This document shows, one piece after another, positions 11,001 to 16,944 of a DNA stretch of 32,000 nt. Within the stretch, counting starts at the first letter, position 1; each line of letters opens with the position of its first letter. The translations under genes and the position numbers were made by a program. The notes beneath the pieces are model-generated. The model was not told where the DNA came from, ran no database searches, and saw only the letters and a program-made list of their open reading frames with translations. The stretch comes from Phycisphaera mikurensis NBRC 102666 (lineage in GTDB: Bacteria > Planctomycetota > Phycisphaerae > Phycisphaerales > Phycisphaeraceae). The stretch lies in the NCBI RefSeq assembly GCF_000284115.1, contig NC_017080.1:570001-602000 (forward strand), read 5' to 3'.

Positions 11001-11604
11001 CGTGGTGGACGAACAAACCAACCGCGTCGTGAAGATCGGGGGCGGACCCGGCGGCAGCGGCACCACGCAGGTGGACCTGATCAAGCTCAGGAGCGGGGTG
11101 TCGCCGGAGGTCGGCGACGTCTTGGCGAAAGAAGACATCAAGGGGGTTTACGACATCAAATCATCGGCTTCAGGAAACGTCCCGCGGGCTCAACGATTGA
11201 AGCTCAAGGTCGTGAGCCAGGGTGGTGCCGCTGCCAACCAGGGTGGCGCGGGAGAAGTGAAGGTGACGCGCACCCGGTACCGCTGGACCGCCGGAGGGGG
11301 CTGGACGGAAAATCTAAAAGTCGCTCGTTCGCTGAAGGTGATGTCGGCCTTCGGGCTGACCACCACGGCTTCGGCCTTCGTCCACGCGGACGAGCTCGAC
11401 GCGGAGCTGCTCGACGTGGTCGCCGCGTTCGAGGAAGCCAAGCGGGTGGACCTGACGCAGCGCCCCGGCGTGCTGGCCATCGCGACGGGCAAGTTCGCCA
11501 ACTACCTGAGCCACTTCGACCCGAGCGGCAACGTGCAGGCGCTCTCGCTCGCGGCCTTCCTGCAGGTGCTCAGCAGCGACGCCTTTGAGCGGGGGGACCT
11601 GTGA
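5017..11604 (+). CDS. Giant multidomain exoprotein; candidate polymorphic toxin with a C-terminal PD-(D/E)xK-like nuclease module
   Basis: 2195-aa ORF with the following regions.
- N-terminal LEPLEQRILLS motif (5104-5136).
- LamG/ConA-like domain ending LDDARIYDRGL (about 5167-5817).
- PKD-like WAIDWGDGTSE...HTF (about 5850-6060).
- About 7 delta-60-type repeats, DGK(I/L)VVAG...ARxxxDG(S/T)xDxSFG (about 6150-7240).
- Second LamG-like segment (about 7560-7760).
- Thrombospondin-type-3 Ca-binding repeats: DSDADGDG, DTDGDGLHD, DRDGLPN, DTDGDGVSD (about 8989-9410, with another acidic cluster at 9846-10020).
- Lower-GC C-terminal region (about 10800-11604) containing GNEVH, QVDLIKL and VYDIKSS, which I read as an H...D...(D)xK restriction-endonuclease-fold pattern.
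The toxin call is inference. The CDS itself is solid. Confidence 0.8.
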   Translation: MEPPEPSGEPRPAPRAQLGPPPAARRPADLEPLEQRILLSGTLVSSLKGHWRLDEIAGSTASSGVAAVHATLLADAAFAPAGGRLGGALSLSGSGSAAVVGNVHDPGSGSQTASIWFRRPGGGAIGNDQFLFSKGNRYSTREGWSLNLESSTQEIRFRVNGSDSSAQRASVEADLPQDDRWHHLAAVIDRDAGTLRAYLDGDGSVWRTGGGGPTTRSLASVTHIDTDDPLTLGAVHDGHLLRGNFTGLLDDARIYDRGLGELEIQALASGATRFEPEVTATGSSSTLTAGAPSTLGLHAEHARPDRWAIDWGDGTSEELAGAAASRVHTFAGSGSPQQIAVTAFYGTEAFQAPIRDGGAEADFALGGRAVLDTGSRSWIRDGAVQRDGKLVVAGGPNFTVARFLADGTPDASFGPHGTGVVEIPTAGEGQAVALQRDGKIVVAGGSWFSLARLNLDGSPDTGFGSAGTGVVDDTFGSTFEANDLLIQDDGRIVLAGDGAGDFILARFDPDGRRDHSFGGPGANGRVQTDLYGARDSANAIAAGRDGRLYVTGRTTSAGSSDYDVALAAYSADGGLDRSFGSNGRARADFGDDDEAAFGIDVQPDGRVVVAGRSRVSDANSYDFATARFTAGGFLDASFGGDGTVTTHLGRGYDAAYGVVVLNTGQLLIGGRTSGLGTTNGYDYGVVRLDADGSRDLTFGEGGVSAIDFEGERDDAEALVVGNDGRIFLIGRADGKIGVAATTGFAAPDSGGSFGAGWRLATMKPHHVYGPTGYVGGAHYEHLPIVAEDGVGVARVLAGQSFVLPGDESSALATTGSLDFTAQAGAAAASAGLILAGFAELEGFGDTPKRRLNLRWTPGGGLLLEQGGTEVFRLAGPWADGNLHRFTLAWEGDRVTFFADGAVAASGTLVAATDWASCSPMFGDEKTDQRGTAAAQVIRDVTVGEGSFSVADAAAAVAAASTPLATASREAFIGYEATDGSFSQNFLAQRIISHDAGALADPAEIGRGWIQDGSFTPDVLLPGRPIYQTLLFGDPGSFQKVSTVYTTASVSGRSDANQMVRVSNGWITGEGSMALDLTSKSREIHWGLNVWDHDRYVQHGRFSHYVADGGGAASTNGTHSDLHLGWTDGKRFITSVLQAPAPIFRGHVSMTLGGDHRLTRIVHYHDPAGFVGSAPMTPLAAGLLRDRTGDSVPLSFIDGPEAAPGQTVGYGSVRLADGSSLVGIGLGAYHHPPAQTLGASTALGSGHAQTTSVASVRPTDARPVWMGAAQGGSTEILRLTYDPDDLSSARTHLGTGWIDEAWLKTTDTLNTRHFISANPASRFYLDPDSDADGDGIRLLDERLWWNTNPDSLDTDGDGLHDDYEISYRPVLAGLGGTVNPGAPDAASAYASQSPRTQLRELQVGQGDLFNPLVKDDPKADFDRDGLPNYLESSYGSHPGLSDTDGDGVSDLKEHEQGSSPVDPSDLGLAPPLATKERVSVTVGDPSPSHSEQWALEFNRTTPGGPGSTERVRLMAPDHGLVITEDFWFDVGADYTGVIQHVGSNTDPPDYDWTADVKLATELPPEQADRPRAALTVTEVNNKDEPVLPGGSDFNIDEGKIIVRLRPSVEIDLDVDSDNTAGLYGGPDGTDEEDEHEDAYGDPEHPGKILLANTLDHDRDLIPDYADGFGLDVGMPTADRSTGARFTPLNLEVTGVLELVPEAVLRIDYAASVPLEIQATPSDLFALPQTGNLRLWNLDASTARNGESLLNGGNFVAPGVYSFAELGLRRGASSGQLWLEAVGASDVIGGDRITASVGTLQEDDVAGETFLTLFSDTVGFTAVEVQLEQRNTAGGGWVDANGFLAADLRPFPDGSVPDHFVYRFAVEDPRFEAETITLGNHDLSLSGGSVRYSEEFGVARPGQAGMADSSYLILSAGEVDFSYNPNGSYPVEWVDDVAAADREVAAEVDRAVTDMHGRWAAPAPEPGNSPNPGAFGNEVHRRVSERLQGRPGWLVDVVVDEQTNRVVKIGGGPGGSGTTQVDLIKLRSGVSPEVGDVLAKEDIKGVYDIKSSASGNVPRAQRLKLKVVSQGGAAANQGGAGEVKVTRTRYRWTAGGGWTENLKVARSLKVMSAFGLTTTASAFVHADELDAELLDVVAAFEEAKRVDLTQRPGVLAIATGKFANYLSHFDPSGNVQALSLAAFLQVLSSDAFERGDL

Positions 11605-12212
11605 ACGACGGCCGTCGAAGCTACATCCACTTGTTCTGGGACATCCCCATCCCGGACTGGAAGCGAACCCTGGTCGAGATGGTGCGGGTCGCGGAGCTGG
11701 GGCATCCAAGAGCGGAAGTCCACGCGTGCGAGATCGACGGCTACGACGTGTGGATGCGGGAGGACGAGTTTTACTCCGAGGAAGAACCCCTCGCCATGAT
11801 GCCGCGGTCCGACGTCCGAACGTCGGACGCCCCCCCCCTCCGCGGCTCCCGGCTCATGTACATCGACTTCATTGGGCAAGCCGAGAGAAGACTGCGGCTG
11901 GCGGAGCTGGTGGAGTCTCTACAGGCGCGGATCCCGGAGGAGATCAGCGGCGGCGTCTTCCCGCCCTGGGATCCCTTCGTCAAGATCGGCCGCCACACCG
12001 TCTGGCAGCGACTCGGCGAGCAACCCAACGGCACGTTCGGGCCGCTCCTGCACGGGCGGCCGACGCTGTCGCTGTCCATCTCGGGTGACAACGGGCCCAA
12101 GCGCCAGGACGAGTACCGAAAACTCGTGCTCAGCGATCCCGTTCTCGCTGCACTCCGCGGCGACCTCGAGGTGAAGTTCGGCCCTTCGCAGGTCGTGATG
12201 TTCTGGGATTGA
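11601..12212 (+). CDS. Hypothetical protein; candidate cognate immunity protein of the upstream C-terminal module
   Basis: 203-aa ORF. Its GTG start (11601) overlaps the giant gene's TGA (11602-11604), a GTGA 4-nt overlap indicating translational coupling. It has no signal peptide, no family I recognise, and lower GC, like the adjacent C-terminal module. Confidence 0.6.
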   Translation: MNDGRRSYIHLFWDIPIPDWKRTLVEMVRVAELGHPRAEVHACEIDGYDVWMREDEFYSEEEPLAMMPRSDVRTSDAPPLRGSRLMYIDFIGQAERRLRLAELVESLQARIPEEISGGVFPPWDPFVKIGRHTVWQRLGEQPNGTFGPLLHGRPTLSLSISGDNGPKRQDEYRKLVLSDPVLAALRGDLEVKFGPSQVVMFWD

Positions 12213-12237
12213 ATCCCAAGCTCTCATGAGGCCGCTT

Positions 12238-12347
12238 TCTCAAGGGAGCGGAAAAGGTGACAGCCACGGCCCGCCGGGGCCTGGGCTGAATGCCGTTGCG
12301 GGGGCGGAAAAGGGGGCGAATGGCGGGGCGGAAAAGGTGACAGCCAC
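12238..12347. repeat. Left boundary repeats: TCTCAAG...GCGGAAAAGGTGACAGCCAC (twice, direct) interspersed with GCCGGGGCCTGGGCT
   Basis: GCGGAAAAGGTGACAGCCAC occurs at 12248-12267 and 12328-12347. Its reverse complement occurs at 20256-20291. TCTCAAG at 12238-12244 matches CTTGAGA at 20306-20312. Confidence 0.7.
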
Positions 12348-12501
12348 GAATGGGGCTCGCCGGGGCCTGGGCTCGCCGGGCTCGCCGGGCTCGCCGGGGC
12401 CTGGCCACCTCGCAGGAGGCGTTGCTTCTTCCGGACGGTTTCTGTACGGTCCTCCTGCCGGGTCGCGTGACCCGCTCCCTCGCTCCTTCCGGAGGCTCCC
12501 T

Positions 12502-13503
12502 GTGCCGCGCCGCAACCGCTGCCTGATCGTCGACCCCGACCTCCCGCAGGCGTGGCACGTCAGCAACCGCTGCGCGAGGTCTCTGTTCCTGCTGGAGCCC
12601 GAGGCACAAGACCGCGGGGATCGGGAGCCGGAGGACCACCGCAAGGAGCTGCTGCTGGCGAGGCTGGAGAAGCTGGCGGCGGTCAGCTCCATCGAGGTGC
12701 TGGCCTTCAGCGTCGTGGGCAACCACCTGCACCTGGTCCTGCGCAACGTGCCCAAGGTCGGCCACGCCTGGTCGCCGCAGGAGGTGCTGGACCGCTGGCT
12801 GGCGCTGCACCCGCTGCGGAACCGCCAGGGCCCGCGGGAGCCCGAGGCCGGCGAGCTGGAGGCGCTGGTGGCCGACGAAGCGTGGGTTGCCGCCACGAGG
12901 CGGAAGCTGATGGACCTCTCGCAGTTCATGAAAGAGCTCAAGCAGCACGTGGCGGTGAAGGTGAACAAGCTCGAGAGCGGCAGCGGCGCCTTCTGGAGCG
13001 GTCGGTACAAGAGCAAGCCGATCGACGATCCCGAGGGTCACCAGCTGGTGCGTTCGATGGTGTACGTGGACCTGAACCCCCTGGCGGCGGGGCTGTGCGA
13101 TCGACCCGAGGACGGCCGCCACACCTCGCTGGAGGGGCGGCTGGGGCGGGACGGACCGGCCACGTCGGCCGGTGATCCTCTCGAGCGGGCACCCAGCGCC
13201 GCCTTCCGCCGCTCCCGCAGCGCCTCGTGGCTGGTGCCGCTGGTGGGCGAGGATCCCAGGTCGCGGATGCACGAAGCCGCCCGTGCCGCATCGGCGGCCG
13301 TGCCCGCTGCAGGCCGCACCGTCTTGGCCGGTCTGACCCTACGTCGGTACCTGCGTGTGGTGGACGCCGTTTCGCGTCTCTTGCGTGCAGGCAAGGCCTC
13401 GCTGGACCGCCGGCTGGCACCGATCCTCGAGCGTGTGGGCCTGGGCCCGGAGGACCTCCGCGTCGGCTTCACGCGTATGGCCACCGGCTCGCCGCACTTC
13501 TGA
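12502..13503 (+). CDS. HUH (Y1) transposase, IS200/IS605 TnpA-like / REP-associated tyrosine transposase (RAYT)-like, copy 1
   Basis: Motifs are WHVSNRCARSLFLL, the HUH motif GNHLHLVLR, FWSGRYKSKPI and VYVDLNPLAAGL (the tyrosine / Y-x-x-x-NP region). The start is placed at GTG 12502, preceded by GGAGG at 12491-12495. Sequence upstream of that is repeat DNA, and it differs between the copies further 5'. Confidence 0.8.
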   Translation: MPRRNRCLIVDPDLPQAWHVSNRCARSLFLLEPEAQDRGDREPEDHRKELLLARLEKLAAVSSIEVLAFSVVGNHLHLVLRNVPKVGHAWSPQEVLDRWLALHPLRNRQGPREPEAGELEALVADEAWVAATRRKLMDLSQFMKELKQHVAVKVNKLESGSGAFWSGRYKSKPIDDPEGHQLVRSMVYVDLNPLAAGLCDRPEDGRHTSLEGRLGRDGPATSAGDPLERAPSAAFRRSRSASWLVPLVGEDPRSRMHEAARAASAAVPAAGRTVLAGLTLRRYLRVVDAVSRLLRAGKASLDRRLAPILERVGLGPEDLRVGFTRMATGSPHF

Positions 13504-13700
13504 CGCCAGCGGATCCGGGTTCCAGCGTCCCCGGCCGGTAGGCTGGCGGGTGTGTCATGCGCCACGCCAGCGGCATCACCCAACGCGAGAGCCGCGCGGG
13601 CTCGCAAACGGCTGGCGCTTGCCCGCGAGGACGCGGGAGGCCGCGCAACCTGCCCGAGCGGTCCGATCCGCGTCGAATGTGGAGGGGGCACCCGGACAGG
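13504..13700 (+). repeat. Conserved right-end (RE) segment, copy 1, with nested hairpins
   Basis: CGCCAGC...GCTGGCG stems at 13504-13549 and 13565-13617. There is an inner palindrome GAGCCGCGCGGGCTC and a CCCGCG-AGGA-CGCGGG hairpin. The segment is near-identical at 15127-15320 and 16945-17160. Confidence 0.75.
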
Positions 13701-13995
13701 GTCTAGGCCCCGGCAGACACCCGGCAGACACCCGGCAGACACCGGCAGACACCGGCAGACACAGACAGACGGTGTCCAGGCCCCGGCAGATCCAGACGGT
13801 GTCCAGGCCCCGGCAGATCCCCGGCAGATCCGGCAGATCCAGACGGTGTCCAGGCCCCGGCAGATCCCGGCAGATCCAGACGGTGTCCAGGCCCCGGCAG
13901 ATCCGGCAGATCCGATCGGCAGATCCCAGGCCCCGGCAGATCCCGTGTCCAGGCCCCGGCAGCCCCCCAGACGGTGTCCAGGCCCCGGCAGATCC
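13701..13995. repeat. REP-like / microsatellite array A
   Basis: About 8 copies of (GACGGTGTC)CAGGCCCCGGCAGATCC, interleaved with 9-11-nt units (CCGGCAGACAC, CCGGCAGATC). Confidence 0.85.
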
Positions 13996-14121
13996 ACCTG
14001 GTCGCCGGGCTCGCCGGGGCCTGGCCAGCTCACAGGAGGCGTTGCTTCTTCCGGACGGTTTCTGTACGGTCCTCCTGCCGGGTCGCGTGACCCGCTCCCT
14101 CGCTCCTTCCGGAGGCTCCCT

Positions 14122-15126
14122 GTGCCGCGCCGCAACCGCTGCCTGATCGTCGACCCCGACCTCCCGCAGGCGTGGCACGTCAGCAACCGCTGCGCGAGGT
14201 CTCTGTTCCTGCTGGAGCCCGGAGCCCAAGACCGCGGGGATCGCGAGCCGGAGGACCACCGCAAGGAGCTGCTGCTGGCGAGGCTGGAGAAGCTGGCGGC
14301 GGTCAGCTCCATCGAGGTGCTGGCCTTCAGCGTCATGGGCAACCACCTGCACCTGGTCCTGCGCAACGTGCCCGAGGTCGGCCACGCCTGGTCGCCGCGG
14401 GAGGTGCTGGACCGCTGGCTCGCCCTGCACCCGCTGCGGAACCGCCAGGGCCCGCGGGAGCCCGAGCCCGGCGAGCTGGAGGCGCTGGTGGCCGACAAAG
14501 GGTGGGTCGCCGCCACGAGGCGGAAGCTGATGGACCTCTCGCAGTTCATGAAAGAGCTCAAGCAGCACGTGGCCGTGGCCGTCAACAAGCTCGAGAGCGG
14601 CAGCGGCGCCTTCTGGAGCGGTCGGTACAAGAGCAAGCCGATCGACGATCCCGAGGGTCACCAGCTGGTGCGTTCGATGGTGTACGTGGACCTGAACCCC
14701 CTGGCGGCGGGGCTGTGCGATCGACCCGAGGACGGCCGGCACACCTCGCTGGAGGGGCGGCTGGGGCGGGACCAGCCAGCAACCCCGCAGCAAGCCGAGC
14801 CCGCCGAGCGGGCACCCACCGCCGCCTTCCGCCGCTCCCGCAGCGCCTCGTGGCTGGTGCCGCTGGCGGGCGAGGATCCCAGGTCGCGGATGCACGAAGC
14901 CGCCCGTGCCGCATCGGCGGCCGTGCCCGCTGCAGGCCGCACCGTCTTGGCCGGTCTGACCCTGCGTCGGTACCTGCGTGTGGTGGACGCCGTGTCGCGT
15001 CTCCTGCGTTCGGGCAAGGCCTCGCTGGACCGCCGTCTCGCGCCGATCCTCGAGCGTGTGGGCCTGGGCCCGGAGGACCTCCGCGTCGGCTTCGCGCGGA
15101 TGGCCACCGGCTCGCCGCACTTCTGA
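14122..15126 (+). CDS. HUH (Y1) transposase, IS200/RAYT-like, copy 2
   Basis: Same motifs as copy 1 (GNHLHLVLR, FWSGRYKSKPI, VYVDLNPLAAGL), with scattered substitutions and one short indel region (GRDQPATPQQAEPAE versus GRDGPATSAGDPLE). GTG 14122 is homologous to 12502. Both copies are intact. Confidence 0.8.
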   Translation: MPRRNRCLIVDPDLPQAWHVSNRCARSLFLLEPGAQDRGDREPEDHRKELLLARLEKLAAVSSIEVLAFSVMGNHLHLVLRNVPEVGHAWSPREVLDRWLALHPLRNRQGPREPEPGELEALVADKGWVAATRRKLMDLSQFMKELKQHVAVAVNKLESGSGAFWSGRYKSKPIDDPEGHQLVRSMVYVDLNPLAAGLCDRPEDGRHTSLEGRLGRDQPATPQQAEPAERAPTAAFRRSRSASWLVPLAGEDPRSRMHEAARAASAAVPAAGRTVLAGLTLRRYLRVVDAVSRLLRSGKASLDRRLAPILERVGLGPEDLRVGFARMATGSPHF

Positions 15127-15292
15127 CGCCAGCGGATCCAGGTTCCAGCGTCCCCGGCCGGTAGGCTGGCGGGTGTGTCATGCGCCACGCCAGCGGCATC
15201 ACCCAACGCGAGAGCCGCGCGGGCTCGCGAACGGCTGGCGCTTGCCCGCGAGGACGCGGGAGGCCGCGCAGGATGCTCCGAGCGGTCCGATC

Positions 15293-15447
15293 CGCGTCGG
15301 ATGTGGAGGGGGCACCCGGACGGTGTCCAGGCCCCGGCAGATCCCGCGTCGGATGTGGAGGGGGCACCCGGACGGTGTCCAGGCCCCGGCAGATCCCCGG
15401 CAGATCCCGGCAGATCCGGCAGATCCGGCAGATCCCGGCAGATCCGG
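15293..15447. repeat. REP-like / microsatellite array B, including a perfect 52-nt tandem duplication
   Basis: The unit CGCGTCGGATGTGGAGGGGGCACCCGGACGGTGTCCAGGCCCCGGCAGATCC occurs at 15293-15344 and 15345-15396. About 5 units of C(C)(C)GGCAGATC follow. Confidence 0.85.
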
Positions 15448-15641
15448 ATGGGTTTCACGGAATCTTGATCGACATCCTTCCTGAGTCCCCGGCCGTACCG
15501 TTCAGCAAAGCACAAGTCAAGGATGGTCTTCGCGAGGCGTATCGAAGATGGGCACATAAGGAAAGTACTCCATTCAATGAGTCTGAAGGAGCGAGATTGG
15601 CGGACGTACTCGATGCCTTTATCGACCGACTGCCAGATTGA
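15447..15641 (+). pseudogene. Start-less C-terminal gene fragment (orphan toxin-tip candidate 1)
   Basis: GC drops to about 50% (121/240 by hand count over 15481-15720). The frame reads ...ILIDILPESPAVPFSKAQVKDGLREAYRRWAHKESTPFNESEGARLADVLDAFIDRLPD*. It stops 4 nt before the ATG of the next ORF and has no start codon of its own after the repeat junction. Confidence 0.45.
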
Positions 15642-15645
15642 TCGT

Positions 15646-16533
15646 ATGCCTGTCCACATAAAGATCACTGTCTTTGAGCATTCCATAGGCTCGGAACATT
15701 TTGCAGAACTCTGCAAAGCTTATCCAGAGAATTTGCTGCCCTCCGGGCTATTTCGGATTACCCGAGAGCCGACGGATGCGAGAATGGTCCAAGTCCAAAA
15801 GCACCTCGCAGAATACGGGCTCAGACCTGCGCAAATGGGAGAGTCTTCTGGTGACGATGTTTATTGGGCCGACCCCGTGTCAGTCCCGACGCCCAAACAG
15901 CTTGCGGAAGCCGAGTGGTTCTCAATTGAGAACATGCTTGCAACCCGCGGCGACCGACTGCACAACGAGGAACTCGAATGGAAGGTGGAAGAGTGCGAAG
16001 ATGAAGGCGATCGTGAACACTGGCAAGAAACTCCGGTCCACGGCTGCTACGGCGCCGCCATCATGGTGACGGAGCAGATCGCGGAGGTGATCCGCGGCTG
16101 GGAAGCGCCCGAGCTGCGGGTGCAGCCGGTCCACTATCACACGCGCGACTGGTCCTCGAACACCAAGGTGCCCATGGAGTGGCGGGAGGCGGGGCTCGAG
16201 CCGCGGTTCTCCGTCGCCAGCCGGCTCACGCTGCCGCTGATGTCGGAGACCTGTCAGCCGGTCCACCGCCGCAGGGGCACGCCCCTGCCGCGAGGTTCGG
16301 ACGAGCCCGCGGCCATGCGACGACCCGAGGGCGAAGAGCAGTTCTGGTGCTACAAGCAGTCGGAGGTGGAGCAAATGCCTCCGTTCGACCTGGCCATGAC
16401 CCACGAGCGCCTAGGAAACTCTTCTCGAGCTCCACTGAACCACGGGCTGGTCTTCTCGAGACGCCTCACCGAACTGCTCAGCAGCGAAGACCCCAACATC
16501 ACCTGGTGGCCGGTGATGTTCGAGGACGAGTAG
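15646..16533 (+). CDS. Hypothetical protein; candidate orphan immunity protein 1
   Basis: Begins ATG 15646 (MPVHIKITVFEHS...). About 295 aa, acidic, no signal peptide. It contains two segments ending in a pattern seen in some immunity families (AIMVTEQIAEVIRGWEAPELRVQPV and LVFSRRLTELLSSEDPNITWWPV); that family resemblance is weak. The ORF track's 15523 start would overlap the preceding fragment. Confidence 0.6.
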   Translation: MPVHIKITVFEHSIGSEHFAELCKAYPENLLPSGLFRITREPTDARMVQVQKHLAEYGLRPAQMGESSGDDVYWADPVSVPTPKQLAEAEWFSIENMLATRGDRLHNEELEWKVEECEDEGDREHWQETPVHGCYGAAIMVTEQIAEVIRGWEAPELRVQPVHYHTRDWSSNTKVPMEWREAGLEPRFSVASRLTLPLMSETCQPVHRRRGTPLPRGSDEPAAMRRPEGEEQFWCYKQSEVEQMPPFDLAMTHERLGNSSRAPLNHGLVFSRRLTELLSSEDPNITWWPVMFEDE

Positions 16534-16584
16534 CGCTACCACGCGAGAAGGTGGACGCCGGGAGACGCCGGGGCCTAAACACCG

Positions 16585-16735
16585 GGGCGGAAAAGGCGGA
16601 AGGGCGGAGCGGAAAATGAGCGGAAAAGATGCCGGCCACCAAACCCACACGACCGCTCTGATCAGCGCACGCTCGGCTTTGCCGGGGCCTGGCCACCGCG
16701 GTTCGGGGGTTCGGGGGCCTGGCCACCGCGGGTCG
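16585..16735. repeat. GCGGAAAAG motif cluster followed by two REP-like units
   Basis: GCGGAAAAGG, GCGGAAAATG and GCGGAAAAGA occur at 16586-16630. GCCGGGGCCTGGCCACCGCGG occurs twice at 16681-16733. This is the same motif order seen after the first immunity candidate (12246-12410). Confidence 0.7.
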
Positions 16736-16944
16736 CGGCCGTGCCCGCTGCAGGCCGCACCGTCCTGGCCGGTCTGACCCTGCGTCGGTACCTGCGTTCG
16801 GTGGACGCCGTTTCGCGTCTCTTGCGTGCAGGCAAGGCCTCGCTGGACCGCCGTCTCGCGCCGATCTTCGAGCGTGTGGGCCTGGGCCCGGAGGACCTCC
16901 GCGTCGGCTTCACGCGTATGGCCACCGGCTCGCCGCACTTCTGA
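16735..16944 (+). pseudogene. 3' remnant of a third IS200/RAYT-like transposase copy
   Basis: Encodes ...AVPAAGRTVLAGLTLRRYLRSVDAVSRLLRAGKASLDRRLAPIFERVGLGPEDLRVGFTRMATGSPHF*, matching the last 68 aa or so of copies 1 and 2. The REP unit is joined directly to internal transposase sequence, consistent with an internal deletion. Confidence 0.8.

Larger units (their letters stand above)
12385..13995 (+). mobile_element. IS200/RAYT-like unit, copy 1 (left end, HUH transposase, hairpin-rich right end, REP/microsatellite array)
   Basis: Region 12385-13700 is repeated at 14005-15320 with a period of 1620 bp and about 95% identity by eye. The left end starts GCTCGCCGGGGCCTGGCCA. The right end terminates in CCAGGCCCCGGCAG units, which are the reverse complement of the left-end core. 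Confidence 0.75.
14005..15447 (+). mobile_element. IS200/RAYT-like unit, copy 2
   Basis: Tandem copy of 12385-13995 with the same left end, transposase and right end. It ends in array B, which directly abuts low-GC foreign DNA at 15447. Confidence 0.75.

Noticed and set aside
12226-12501. N-terminal extensions of the transposase ORFs (12226.. and 13552..), giving 425- and 524-aa proteins
   Set aside because: The extensions are translations of boundary repeats and REP/microsatellite arrays, and they are not homologous between the two copies. Homology between copies begins near the left end, and a GGAGG-GTG start (12502 / 14122) is shared.
13701-13995. Possible CRISPR array, given the regularly repeated short units
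   Set aside because: The units are only 9-28 nt and directly abut each other or are separated by further copies of the same motifs. There are no unique spacers of 25-40 nt and no cas genes. The motif is the terminus of the adjacent HUH-transposase element.
15523-15645. ATG at 15523 as the start of the 336-aa track ORF
   Set aside because: The first 41 codons (MVFARRIEDGHIRKVLHSMSLKERDWRTYSMPLSTDCQIDR) look less protein-like than the overlapping frame, which ends in ...EGARLADVLDAFIDRLPD*. The ATG at 15646 sits 4 nt after that stop. Ribosome profiling would settle this.
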